From positions 6,138,001 through 6,202,000 of the forward strand of contig OZ059898.1 of the NCBI GenBank assembly GCA_964057225.1: a stretch of 64,000 nt of DNA. Direction: 5' to 3'. Numbering within the stretch: the first letter of the stretch is position 1; each line of letters begins with the position of its first letter. The notes under the pieces are model-generated. The model was given only the letters and a program-made list of their open reading frames with translations. It searched no databases and was not told the origin of the DNA. This document shows positions 12,201 through 24,048 of this stretch, piece after piece. Source of the DNA: Auanema rhodensis. Taxonomy: Eukaryota; Animalia; Nematoda. The translations under genes were made by a program, and so were the position numbers.

Positions 12201-15200
12201 GCTTCTCCCGAAAAGAATGAGAAAATGGCGAAGATGATGAAAAAGCAATATCATGTAGCATTCTTTACACTTCATCTAGTTTTTCTTTTATATTTTTCCT
12301 TATGAACTTTAACTATCAAAGAAGTTTACTTGAGAAAGTAAGTTCTCAATTGAGAATTGAAATTCAAGACAACTACATCTTTGGATTTTTCTTTTTATGT
12401 CGTTTTTTTTCTTATTTCATTTGAGGTGAAAAGAAGACTATTCTAAACTTGATCAGGATCAAAAACCAATTCACAATGCTCGTTTTCTAGTAAAATTGAA
12501 CAAAAAAGTGTTTAAGAAGGAAAGAGGAAAGAGGAGAGAGAGAGAGAGGGAGAGACAGAGATAGAGAGACGAGGGAGACTAGGGAGACGAGGGAGAGAGA
12601 TAAAATATTATTATATATATTATGTACTAATTCAGACATATTACAGATAATTGCCGTGGAACAAATGGTAATTGTGAGGTAGAATCTGATTGTCCTGAAT
12701 CTTTCATTTGCGAAAATTCATGTTGTCGTTTGGATCGTTGTCCGCACAGCGAAAAACCTGTACGTTTTTCATGCTCTTCAAGCTATCAGTGCGAAGCTGG
12801 TGAAACATGCCTCTTTGGAGCTTGTTGTCCGGAAAAAAAAGATGAAACAGTTCTGAATTCTGTACAAGAAATCGAGACATCATATACATCAAACATTGCT
12901 CCTATCGAAGATCAACAACCTGTCATTGAAATGAAATCACATGAACAATGTAAAGTGAGTATCTTTCTAGTGATTCTTGTATCATTTTTCTTGTTTTTTC
13001 CAGATTGACTATCGTTCACCTAGTTGTAGCCTGGAAAAGGCATGCCCGGAAAATAGTGACTGTGTCTTTGGTGTTTGTTGTATGAACTATATAGTCAAAT
13101 GCCGTTCTGGTAAAATAGCTCTAAGCTTACCAGAAAACTGTAAGACATCAGAAGACTGTCCAATTGGCTCTGATTGTGAATATGGCAGTTGTTGTCCCAA
13201 TGATCAAGCTCACACATCCACGAAAATCGTTGATGTTACAGCAGTAACTGAATTGATGGAGTTCACAGAAGCATATGAACATAACAACGAACCAAGTTCA
13301 ACAACAATTAAATCGACAAAGACATCAAAATCCAGATGTCTCTTATCACGAACTTGTTCCACACTATCACTCTGTCCTTCTCAGTTTACTTGTACGGAAA
13401 ATAAGAAGTGCTGTCGATTGAATTTCCGCTGTCCTGGAGGCACAGTGCCAGAATCAACCTGTGCCCAGTCTGGAATTTGTCCAAGCTCATCGCAATCTTG
13501 TATGACGATTGAAGATCAACAAGTGTGCTGTCCAACAGGTATTTATAAATATAAATTGCATATTATATATATTCTATTATAGTATTTCGAGATGAAGCAC
13601 CAATTATGCCAGTTTCTAATAAATTTTGTCCTGCTGGTAGTACAGAAACTCCACCAAAATTTGGTTCATACTGTCGCTATAGCTTACAATGCCCATCACC
13701 ATACTATTGTAATCGAAGAGGTTTATGCTGTTTACCAGATGCTTAGGTAATATATTATTATTATTTAGATAAAATATTAAAATATTATATTTTCAGATAT
13801 ATGCAGCTGTTTATCAATAAAATAATTAGATCATATTCATTATGCATGCACCCCCCCCATCCCAACCCTAGTCATTGATTTTAAAAAGAAACTTTTATCT
13901 ATTTAAAATAGATAGATGATACATATACATATATGAAATTAACAAAAAAAAAATAAATAATTTGCTCTAACAAACTATTTCCATTGATTTATCCATGCAT
14001 GCTGATATAACTAAACGTTTACCTTTAAGCTTCATTGAAACTATGGATTTCTGAAAATATATTCCTCAGCTCTTCTATTTACAGCATATTATGCTAACCG
14101 AAATTTTATTTAAGGCCAACCGGCTAATCCTACTGGACTTGTCTGTACTTTTGCTTCATGCTCCAGCTCCAACCCATGCTCATCTGGAACATGTAACAAT
14201 GGATATTGCTGTAGCTCTGGATCATCAACTGGTATCATGTGTAAGTTGTTTCTTAAAATTACGCTGCCAATCTATCACTAATCAACAGCTTATACATACA
14301 TGCACTAATCAAAGCTTACAGCACCTAACAAGCGCACGAACAGCACTAGTAAAATCATGCTAACCACCTCGGCAAAGACCAAGAAAAAATCGCAAAAGTC
14401 TCGAAAGCCTGTAAAGAAGAATAAACATGATAAGGATATTCGTGATCGAGTTCTAACACCTGCCGCTGATTGGCCAATCGGACCTCCAGGATATGGATTT
14501 CCAGTTCATCTTGCGGATTTGGATAATGTTCTTGTTCCGGCTAGTGGAGATGGCAGTCAGTCTGATTAAAAATATTAAATTTTGGCACTTTTGAGTTCAA
14601 AAAGTATTTCCCTTTTTCAAAATCAACAACAATCTTTTGATCTAAACATGTATTATTCGACTTCAAAAAACTTAATCCGCCTCAAAAACTAACTAAAGTA
14701 TCTCACAGCATGATATCTAACCTTACTCAGGTACCTGTGCCGGAGGATTCAAGAGTAATTTGGTATGCTCACCAGCTGCTGAATGCCCACCTGGACTGTT
14801 CTGCGATCCTCAAGTTAAAGTCTGCTGTCCATTGCTTTTGCCATTAACAGATGCTAAAAACCCAATAAGATTCCGCTCACGAAAACCTAATAGCACCCAA
14901 CGAGGAGATTTTGTTGAAATTGAAATTCCGGCCAGTGAAGTTGGTCGTTTTTCTGAAGCAACAGATTCTCCTTCGTATAAGAATATGATTGATGGTTCCA
15001 CTTCATCAATAAAATCATCATCTGGCACTAATTTTGTTATGAAGAAGCAAAGCTTCAACTCACTTCGTAGAAATTGTTGTAACAGTAAGCACATAAGAAT
15101 TGCATGATTATCACACATATTCATATTTCCTTCTCTCTTCTTTACTATTTCCTTCCAATCAAACTCTATCTTTCACATAAATATACACACTTTCCTTCTG

Positions 15201-18191
15201 ACTTTCTTTCTCTCTCTCTTTATAGCTTTCCCACTTTCTTTTTTCTTTAACTTTACAGTATACATCATACCTTTTATAGTGCAACCAGCCAACTCTGGAT
15301 GTGTAGGATGCAACCAATCTCCACCAGTCATCACTATTCGTAAGTGGCTTTGTAATAATACGGATAATATATTAGAACCATTTAGCATCTAACTCTTGTC
15401 CTGGAGGAGGATATGCTGTTGGAACTTGCTCATCCGGATACTGCTCTCCAGGATACTCCTGCGTTTCTGGATCTTGCTGTCCAACATATTCTCAGCCATC
15501 AGTTCGTGTCTGTAAGTATTTGAGTTATTGCATTCATGCTTTGCGTTCAGTTACGAATGTCTCATCTATATCATTTAGACACTTGCCCATCCGGTACTCC
15601 AGCTGTTGGAGCTTGTATGAGTGGTTCTTGCGCAACTGGATACTCTTGCGTCTCGGGATCTTGCTGCCCATCAACCACTACTCAAAATCCATTCGGTAAC
15701 TTCAAATTAGTCAGCACTCTGCTTAAATGATTCGTTTTAGTCTGCCCTGACGGAACTCAAGCTGCTGGAGGTTGCGTAAATGGACAATGTGGAAATGGAT
15801 ACACTTGCTCTAGTGGTCTTTGCTGTGCTGGAACATCTAACACTGTTCGTTGTCTTGATGGATCTGAAGCTGTTGGAGCCTGTATCCCATCTTGCCAAGG
15901 AAATGCTTGCGGTGGATCTACCGTATCATACTATTGCGGATCCGGATATACTTGTACTACAGGAAACATCTGCTGTGCCATTAACAGTAAGATTTCTTAA
16001 ATCTATCACATGTTATTTACTTTCTTACAGGTTGTCCAAATGGAGGAGAAGTTTTGGGACCCACTGTTAACGGACTTTGCCCATCTGGATATGTTGCTCA
16101 AGGATCCATTTGCTGTTCTGCTTCCTGCCCTGATGGTTCCACCCCAACTGCGATGGTTAATGGAAATTGTATTGCTGGAAACACTATCCAAAACGGTGTT
16201 TGCTGTCCTGCCGCTGCCGGAGTCGTTGAATGTTCCGTCGAATTGAGTCGAGGAGGATGTGTGAACGGTCGCTGCGAAGTGGGATACCTGTGTGACACTG
16301 CTACTCAAGAGAGATGTTGCCCAGTTGTTGACCTCGAGGTATGTAAAAAATTTTAAACGCACAACATTATTTTTTCTTGCAGAACCCTGATTTCCAAATC
16401 GGACCTACAATGGAAGGTCTGTGCCCACTTGGTTTCGCCGTTGTAGTCTTCCCAGACGCTGAGATTGATGCAAATGGTCAACCAATCGGAACTTGCATCT
16501 CTCTCCAATCTGGTAAGTAAAAATTCCTTTATAATCTCTGAAGAATCTATAAAGATGTTTTAAATTTAATTTGTTTATAGTTCGTGATATCTGTAAAATT
16601 GAGGAACAGAACGGTCCATGCCAAAATTATCAATGTTCCGCTGGGTACACCTGCATTGAGGCAGCTGATGTCTGCTGTCCTTCTCCTGCTTTCCGTAAGC
16701 TCCGCCCTGGACAGAAAGTCCGTCCTCTCCAGCAGAAGCCTGTTTACGGAAGACCTCTTCATAGCTACATGCCTCGTAAGTTCCTTTTCAAAATTAGTAA
16801 TTAATACTGATATCGCATGTGGAAGTTTATCTATCTGAATATTGAGAAAAAAGGAAAGAAATTTAATTATAATACATTAATTCAAACAATTACAATCTTA
16901 TGAGTGAATATCTACTGAAAATTGCCAACGACTTTTCTTATCAAATATCATGTATTGCATGATTTAGCCCGTAAAGATCTCACATGTCCTGACGGATCAG
17001 CTGCCAGAGGAGCTTGCATGAACGGCCTTTGCGGTGTAGGACATGAATGCATAAACGGTCTTTGCTGTCCACCTCAATCATTGTCAGGAAATAATGATTT
17101 AAAAAGTCGGTTTTATCTCTTCTAACTTTATCATTTTCATTATATATCATAAGAATATAGTTAATATCAGCTAGTATACATATCTATATGTATAATGTTT
17201 GTAATCACATAGTTATTCTTATGTTTTAATGATATGATAAAGAGAGAAGATATAGAAAACAGCCGTGTACATGCCTACAAATTCAGGCGTCTGCCCTAAC
17301 AGAAAGACTGCCGTATCCGGCTGCTTCAGCGATGGCACTTGTGGCTTCGGCTTCGAATGCGTGAAGTCAGTTAGCCTCTGCTGCCCTCCCGGTGGAAATG
17401 ATATCATCAACAACAGTCTCGGAAACAATCACGGAAATTCCGGTTTTCCGATGAGTAAGTGGCTAGTATAGGCTTATGGCTACGAACGTGGAGAGTGATA
17501 CATCAATCATCTTCGATTCTTAGCATAAGCTGGCTGCTCCAAACTACGATTCTCGACCTCCATTCCTTTAGCAATCCGTCCAATTGGTGCCCGTTGTCAT
17601 CAGGATTCTGAGTGCGTTGGCCATGCCGACAGTCTGTCGCTGTGTCATGCCGGCGTTTGCCAATGTTCTCCAATCGCGTACTCACAGGGAATTGCATGTG
17701 TTCGCCGAAAAGCTCTGAGTAAGGATTATCTGAGCTTCATATCTTATCCTCAACAAATCCAAACAAAAAACCGCACTATCCCCCACTCAACCGTACTTCT
17801 GATTCTATTAGATGCTACAGTATCTCCAAAACTGATCAAACCTTTCAACTAACCACATCTAAACTGTCAAGCTTCACATATTCAATTGAAAAATTGAAAA
17901 TGAAGCGAAATAGTTAATATAGTTTTTAAAATTAATCTTACAAAGTGTTACTTATCAATAGCTATCACTTTCTTTTTCCTCTTCGGTATGATTATATTAC
18001 TCTGCTTCAACATTCAAACTTTTTAGTTTTCTCTTAAACCTGTTAATGCTTAAATACTTCAAGCTTATCATTTCACCAAAACAATCAGAACTTATCAAAA
18101 ATTGAATAAAAACATTTCCTTTTCAGACATGATGATGAACGATCAGCCAATCGATGTTGAGAAGACCAACAAGGTTGCTGCCAGCAACTAA
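7297..18191 (+). CDS. Secreted cysteine-rich protein: signal peptide, chitin-binding type-2-like module, many CC/WR1 repeats, C-terminal EB module; long isoform (C. elegans K04H4.2-like)
   Basis: Exons 7297-7342, 7552-7666, 7756-7895, 10658-10760 and 10803-10900 give MTRRSAISVFLLSLLAAVSCQTPVIGGSCKLG...FYLQCDQTNMRWVKKSCQDGFLFNFEQQTCVVP. Exons from 14115 onward give repeated CPxGxxAVGxCxxGxCxxGYxCxxGxCCP units. Exon 17572-17718 gives IGARCHQDSECVGHADSLSLCHAGVCQCSPIAYSQGIACV (EB-like). The last exon 18127-18191 ends in TAA. It lies next to flp-25, as I recall K04H4.2 and K04H4.7 do in C. elegans. Confidence 0.85.
9169..9210. repeat. (AT)n-(GT)n compound microsatellite in intron 3 of the cysteine-rich gene
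   Basis: Read directly from the sequence. Confidence 0.9.
9840..9854 (+). repeat. G15 homopolymer (G-quadruplex-capable)
   Basis: 15 consecutive G. Confidence 0.9.
11043..13746 (+). CDS. Alternative 3' exon block (short isoform) of the same cysteine-rich gene: Cys repeats plus Ser/Thr-rich mucin-like linker
   Basis: Exons 11043-11135, 11256-11933, 12647-12954, 13004-13538 and 13583-13746 join in frame to the phase-1 donor at 10900. They end ...YYCNRRGLCCLPDA-TAG (13744-13746), with AATAAA at 13816-13821. Confidence 0.75.
12531..12600 (+). repeat. (GA)n-rich simple repeat, intronic
   Basis: gaggagagagagagagagggagagacagagatagagagac... Confidence 0.8.
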
Positions 18192-19958
18192 ATTCTTTAT
18201 AAATTCGCCTATCAAAGAAATAGCCGAAAATTCAAATCTCGCTCAAGCCGTCCCACAGAATACTATTAAAACTTCTAACTTACTATCCTCCCCCTTCCAG
18301 AGTTCTTTCCAGAAAACAAATATTTTAGTCGACACCAGATAACGAATTCATTCCTTCATTCTTTTGGTTCAAAAATATTAAAAAAAAACAAAATAATAAT
18401 TGAATGGCTTTTCGTTTGAAAAACAGTCTTTCTCACAGAATTCTATCAGCATCTTCGAAATTCTAAATGTATCCACGCCAGACTTCACGTGTCTTGTCTG
18501 GTGGCAGTTATCTCATGCTTTCGGCCGTTGAATTCTGTATCACATACTTCTCTGTTCTTCTTATTATACTTTCAACCACCAACAACCTTTCACTTCAACG
18601 TCTTCTTCATGCGGCAGCTTGATGTGATCTCTATCCCATTTCTGTTTCCCATATATTCAATCGCTTTTAAAAGTTTTATTCATTTTCATCTTTAGACTAT
18701 AATACTTTTGCTTTTTATATTTCAACATATACTCATATACATGAGTTATTATTGAAAAAGATTTTGCCAAATTCATAGTGAAATATAAGAAGTGACTGTT
18801 TATATCTAGTCGTGACCTTGCTGAGTTCCAAATTATAATAATTTTCTATTTTTCGATCATTATACAACCAAATATAATGGATATATACTTGAACAGCTTT
18901 TGCAATTTAAGTTCTATATCTGTTATTATAAATAAAACAAATAATGATTATGAATATAGAAATGTTATAGTTTGGTTAATCATTCTCACGTAATAGTAGA
19001 ATCAGCAACTTGCTAGTCATTGCGACTCTCTTTGTGTTGTTTTAACTTAAAGCTGAAATCTTTTGAATTAACATTCAATTCACCGAGAGAGTTCAATGAC
19101 TTCTTAATCAGTGTGTAGTTTTTTTTGCGATCTTCTTATTACCTTTGTTAATTTATAAAAGTGTGCCTTTTGTTTAGAGCACGATAGTAAGCTCAATTTT
19201 GAGTTAAATAAGTCGTAAATGAGTTTTTATCTTAACAATTACTGTATTATATGCTATGTGGCATTAATACAAAATCGAAAAAAGATCAAATCTCCTTTTC
19301 AATCCCTACCCCCCGAATCATCTGCGCTTCTCAGCGCGGTCTTCTTCCTACACCTTCACTATTCACTTTTTACTTTTCCATATCACGTCGTCTGTCAAAT
19401 CCGTCTTCGGAATCTGCTGTTCAGATTCTGAATGACACTATATATCCTCTTTCAAGCACAGAAGAGCTGCCGCGTGCCAACAACGTTCCTTCTCCCTGTC
19501 AGATTCATAACGTGATTCCGTACCGGAACAAGTATAACTTATATTATTATTATTATCAATATTATTATTATTATAACTATATTATCTATAATTATCAAAT
19601 AAATATATTCATTTCCAATTGTATAAATTTAAATAAAAAAAAAGGAATTACAAGAAATATTTAAATATGCAATGATGTCATTTAGAGCAAAAAGTACTAT
19701 GAAATCAGAATGTTAACTGATTCAGATAGCAATTCATCTAATATATTATACTTTTAGTTATATTATATTCAGAGGAACTTGAGATTATTCAATTTTAAAT
19801 TAGTTATATAAGAATAAAAATATAAAATTCTGTTCATAAACCTATCGTTACTGTTTCATATGGTGTTCGAACCAGCAAAATGGTCTAATATGTTCAACCA
19901 CCTATGCTGTATTAAAGGATAACTATTCATAACTATTACATTAAAATATAATTAAATT

Positions 19959-19961
<3 letters not shown>

Positions 19962-20002
<41 letters not shown>
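19962..20002. repeat. (TA)n microsatellite
   Basis: About 20 TA units. Confidence 0.9.
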
Positions 20003-20009
<7 letters not shown>

Positions 20010-21658
20010 TTGGATAATACATAAAAATTATAATTTTCATGTATAATATAAGAAAAAAAAAATTATTTGAAAAAAAAAAAATACATAAACGAAGGAAATG
20101 TTGTTTTACACAAATAGAATATGAAAAATAAATTACATCAATAAATGATTTAACTTTAACAACGTTTATTCATTATATAACATAATTTATTTTTTCTTTA
20201 ATTTTACTTTTCATTTTCTCATTTATTCATCTATGTTACATAGAAAACAAGCTATTTCATATATTAAAGTGAATTATCACAGTACAGTAAACAAGATCTT
20301 TTAATAAATTTTATTTTTCTATTATTGTCATTCTTTAGACACAGAAACATAGTCATAGTGAATAGAGATAGAATATAAAGCATGGGTGATATAGTTAAGA
20401 TATATATGTAATATATTAAATATAATTTTCTTGTTGTTCCATAACTTTTCAACGATTGTTTGAGATTTTGTATAATTTTTCTCTTTCAAATCTAACTATC
20501 TTGTAATAAACAATTATATATCTGATAGACTAATTTCTTTTTTTATTTTACAGTTAAAATGAGAAATATGAAAGAAAACCAAGTAAAATTAAAGAGTTAT
20601 TGAGATATAAAATAGTTTCAAATATGTCGAATAAAGAAAAAAAAACTTGTTTTATCAATCAAATTATATATGTGTTTCAAAATATTTTGTGAAATAAAAA
20701 ATATCAAATAATCCTTAATCTTAATTTTATATTTTGTATTTTAGTCTCTGCATATGTCTTATGATCCAATTGAAATGCATATTTACTTCCTGAAATGGCC
20801 TTTTTTAATTTTGAACTTCAAATTTATGTCATATTGTTCATGAAGATATATTGATATATCTTTATAAATTTTTATCAATGTTTATGAAATAAACTAATTT
20901 TCCTATTCAAAACTCTTTTTTTTAGAATAATATATGTATTAATATAGTTTATATGTATATACATATGTAGATATTATAAAAAAAAGTTATACAAGTTTTC
21001 TTTCAGGTTTCTTTAATTTAAAGAATTTAAAAGTTAAATTTTGCAGCTGTTAGAATGACAATATCAGCAGGTATCTGCAGATGTTTATCAATGTATATTA
21101 AACTGATTTATCAATAAATATCATATGAGTCAAATTTATACGGTATATATGCAAAAGAAACGTTTAATTGAATCAACAATCGAAATATATTGTATGTTCT
21201 TCTATGTATATCAAAGATATTTCCATATTATTCTTATATAATAATGATAAAAGTTGTCTTGGAAATATTATTTGGTAACAGTTTAACCCATTTATTCATT
21301 TCACCAGCTAACACATGGCATCGTTGAGCGATCAAGATCTAGCTAAATATGGGAAACGGGGTGATGATGGTAGCTCGAAGACAGATACAGACACATACAA
21401 GCAGTCAGATAGACATAGATTTGGTTTTTTTAATTGTGAGAGTGGTTACTACAAAGTATATTAGTAATACTGGTGCAAAATAACAATAAAATAAATAAGA
21501 AATCATAAGGTTTCGTCAAGACAGAAGCAGAAAAGCATTGTTTACAATCAAAGCTTGGATTTATTTGACTTTAAAAGTTTATAACAGGCGGTTACGTTTG
21601 TAGATAGGAGACATTGTAGTTTGAAAACACAGAAACACAGAATCCATCATTCATATCG

Positions 21659-22734
21659 TCATCTGGACATCTCCTGATCCATTATTGATCCTTGAAGATT
21701 CTCAACGGCTCTTGATCGCTTTCCAAAACGAATGTAGTCATAGGATGCCTTCTTTTTAGGTTCTGATCGTCCAAATCTTACAAAATCGTAATCACGTCTC
21801 CCTGAAACAAATAAAGATTCAAAACAAAAATTGACGTTTCAGGATAGTTATTATCTTTGGTCTGTTAAAATCATAATCGCTTTCAGCTTTAAAAGTTTTT
21901 TGTCAACTTCAACAGAAATTGGTTCATAATTGCGTTTTCCGTTTTTAGATTATTTTCTTCTCTCTCTCTTGACAGCTTATCGTTTCATTTTTCATTTATT
22001 TTTATTTTAAACTTAAAGTAAAGCTCATTTCTAGAAGACGGATAATAGCAGCATGTTTGAAGGCAAATTAAAAAGTTTTCAAGTTTGTTCATGAAGCGAA
22101 ATGAACAAGGCTTGAGTTTCAAGTTTATTAATCTACGGCTTTATTAAAATGATTAGAGAATGTACATGAAATTGAAGAATCCATAAATCAAAAACAAATT
22201 ATTTGTATAAGAATAAAGAAAAAGGCAAAGATATGAAGTAGTAGCTTAGTTTGAAATGAACTTTGTAATTTTTTTCCAATGGAACACATACAATTAAAAG
22301 CATATGGAAGGACTAAATACCATTAGTTTTAAGGATTAACTAAACTGCGAACAAGGAAGTTTCACAAGGATAGGAAATTGTTTTGAAGTTATATATGAGC
22401 ATATATTGAAAATTTAAAAAAACTTTAAGCACATTTAGAATACATTTCGACTTCAGGAGCAGGAAAAGACATTTCTCAGTTAGAGTAGGAAAATGAAATT
22501 AGTTTAAATTTAAGAGTTTGGAAGAACTTTAAAGCAAAGATTTATTATTTTATTAATAAAGAAAATTTGAAAATGAAAATTAAATGAAAACCAACGTTTT
22601 ACTTGAGCTGGTTGATGTTCTTGTTCAGCTTGATGATTTCGGAACAGTGCACAATCATATGTATTGCATGGTAGACATTGGCAATAGTTCAATAAAAGTA
22701 GAAAGCCAAGAGACACAGCCAATAAGGTCCGCAT
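21659..22734 (-). CDS. flp-25: FMRFamide-like neuropeptide precursor FLP-25
   Basis: Exon 22596-22734 encodes the signal peptide MRTLLAVSLGFLLLLNYCQC...QVK. Exon 21659-21801 encodes RRR-DYDFVRFG-R-SEP-KKK-ASYDYIRFG-KR...SR*. DYDFVRFamide and ASYDYIRFamide are the two known FLP-25 peptides. Confidence 0.95.
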
Positions 22735-24048
22735 ACCTGCTATCAGGAGTTCTAATAGAAATAATTTTCTTCCAAAGCAATAAGCTGTATTCGTCTTTCG
22801 AATTTGGTTCTACCCACCCCGCCGTCAAGTAAATGATACCGCCCCCTTTTCTACTTTGATGGCTCCGCCTCATTCTTCGAACCAATTTTGACTTATAGGC
22901 AGTTGATGTCCTTCCATTTTCTTTTTTATTTATATGATAAAATGCATTGTATATTCAATAAATTCAACGAATCAATATCAATTATGGAATGGGCTTAGTC
23001 AAACAAACATGAAACCTTTAATCTTCATCACTACAAAGCTATATCAAGAAGCTCATACAATTTTACCAAGAAAGACAAAATTAAAATTAGGATTAGTAAA
23101 TATCTTGCACGTGCAAACTTTTACTTCTTTCTTCCTCATTTACAAATGAAAAAATTGAGCTTAAAACATAAGTTTAATTTTAGATTTTGGAAAAGTAACG
23201 ACTGTTCTTCCATCTGCAAGTTATCGTTCAAGCTGATCAGCAGATGCTGTGAATGGTAGAAAACACCCAATAGCAGCTTGCAAATGATATTTGATCAAAT
23301 CTATCTATAAACTTAGTTACAGTTTTCTTAAATTACTAATTCAAGACCATTCGGTAATCATACATTAGTTCATTGGTTACTCTTGTTAAATTTCTTATAA
23401 AATACGGATTATATGGCAAAAACAATAAACTACATTATATACTATATAGTATATAAAATATATAAAATATATGTAATAAAGTATATATTTTAAAATAAAA
23501 TTAGAAAAATTTTAATAATTTTCTTAAAAATTTTAAATAAATATACGTCATTTACAGGTGATATTCTGAATAGATAATATATGATATATTATAATGAATA
23601 AATCTTATACATGAGAAAAAGGATTTTTTAAATAGATTTTATTTCTTAAATTAAAAAAAAAAAGAAAAATGAGTCAATTTTATATTTTGCATGATTAGCA
23701 TTACATTTAAAATCATTGAATATTTATATTTAATATAAAATATAATAAAAATAAATTAAAAAGAATCAATTATTTATTTATTATCTTCTTTTATTACATA
23801 CTAAATTTTATATTTTTTAAATAAAAATATTTAAATATTTGAAAGAGATTATTGCAAATATTCTCTCTTATCCTATTTTGTTATGATAAGATCAATTATC
23901 TCATTTCTTAGCAAAATCCGGAAGTTTTTTCCGATATTTGTTTTCTATTTTTAAAAAAAAATAGTTGCTAGGCATTAACCGTTGCTACCATGGAGTCACC
24001 TAGCTCGTCTCTACCATTTTTCTTCAGAAAGTTCTGAAGTGAAGTCAA

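Noticed and set aside
19861-19875. GTTCGAACC resembling a tRNA T-loop or B-box
   Set aside because: No A-box or cloverleaf around it.
19540-21250. Extremely AT-rich stretch (also 23400-23960) as a possible MITE or foreign insertion
   Set aside because: No terminal inverted repeats, target-site duplication or coding remnants seen.
21860-21945. Minus-strand GKRNYE.. and SDYDFNR-like strings in the flp-25 intron, a possible relic third peptide
   Set aside because: They are in different frames, lack an RFG end and have no convincing splice sites; likely chance.
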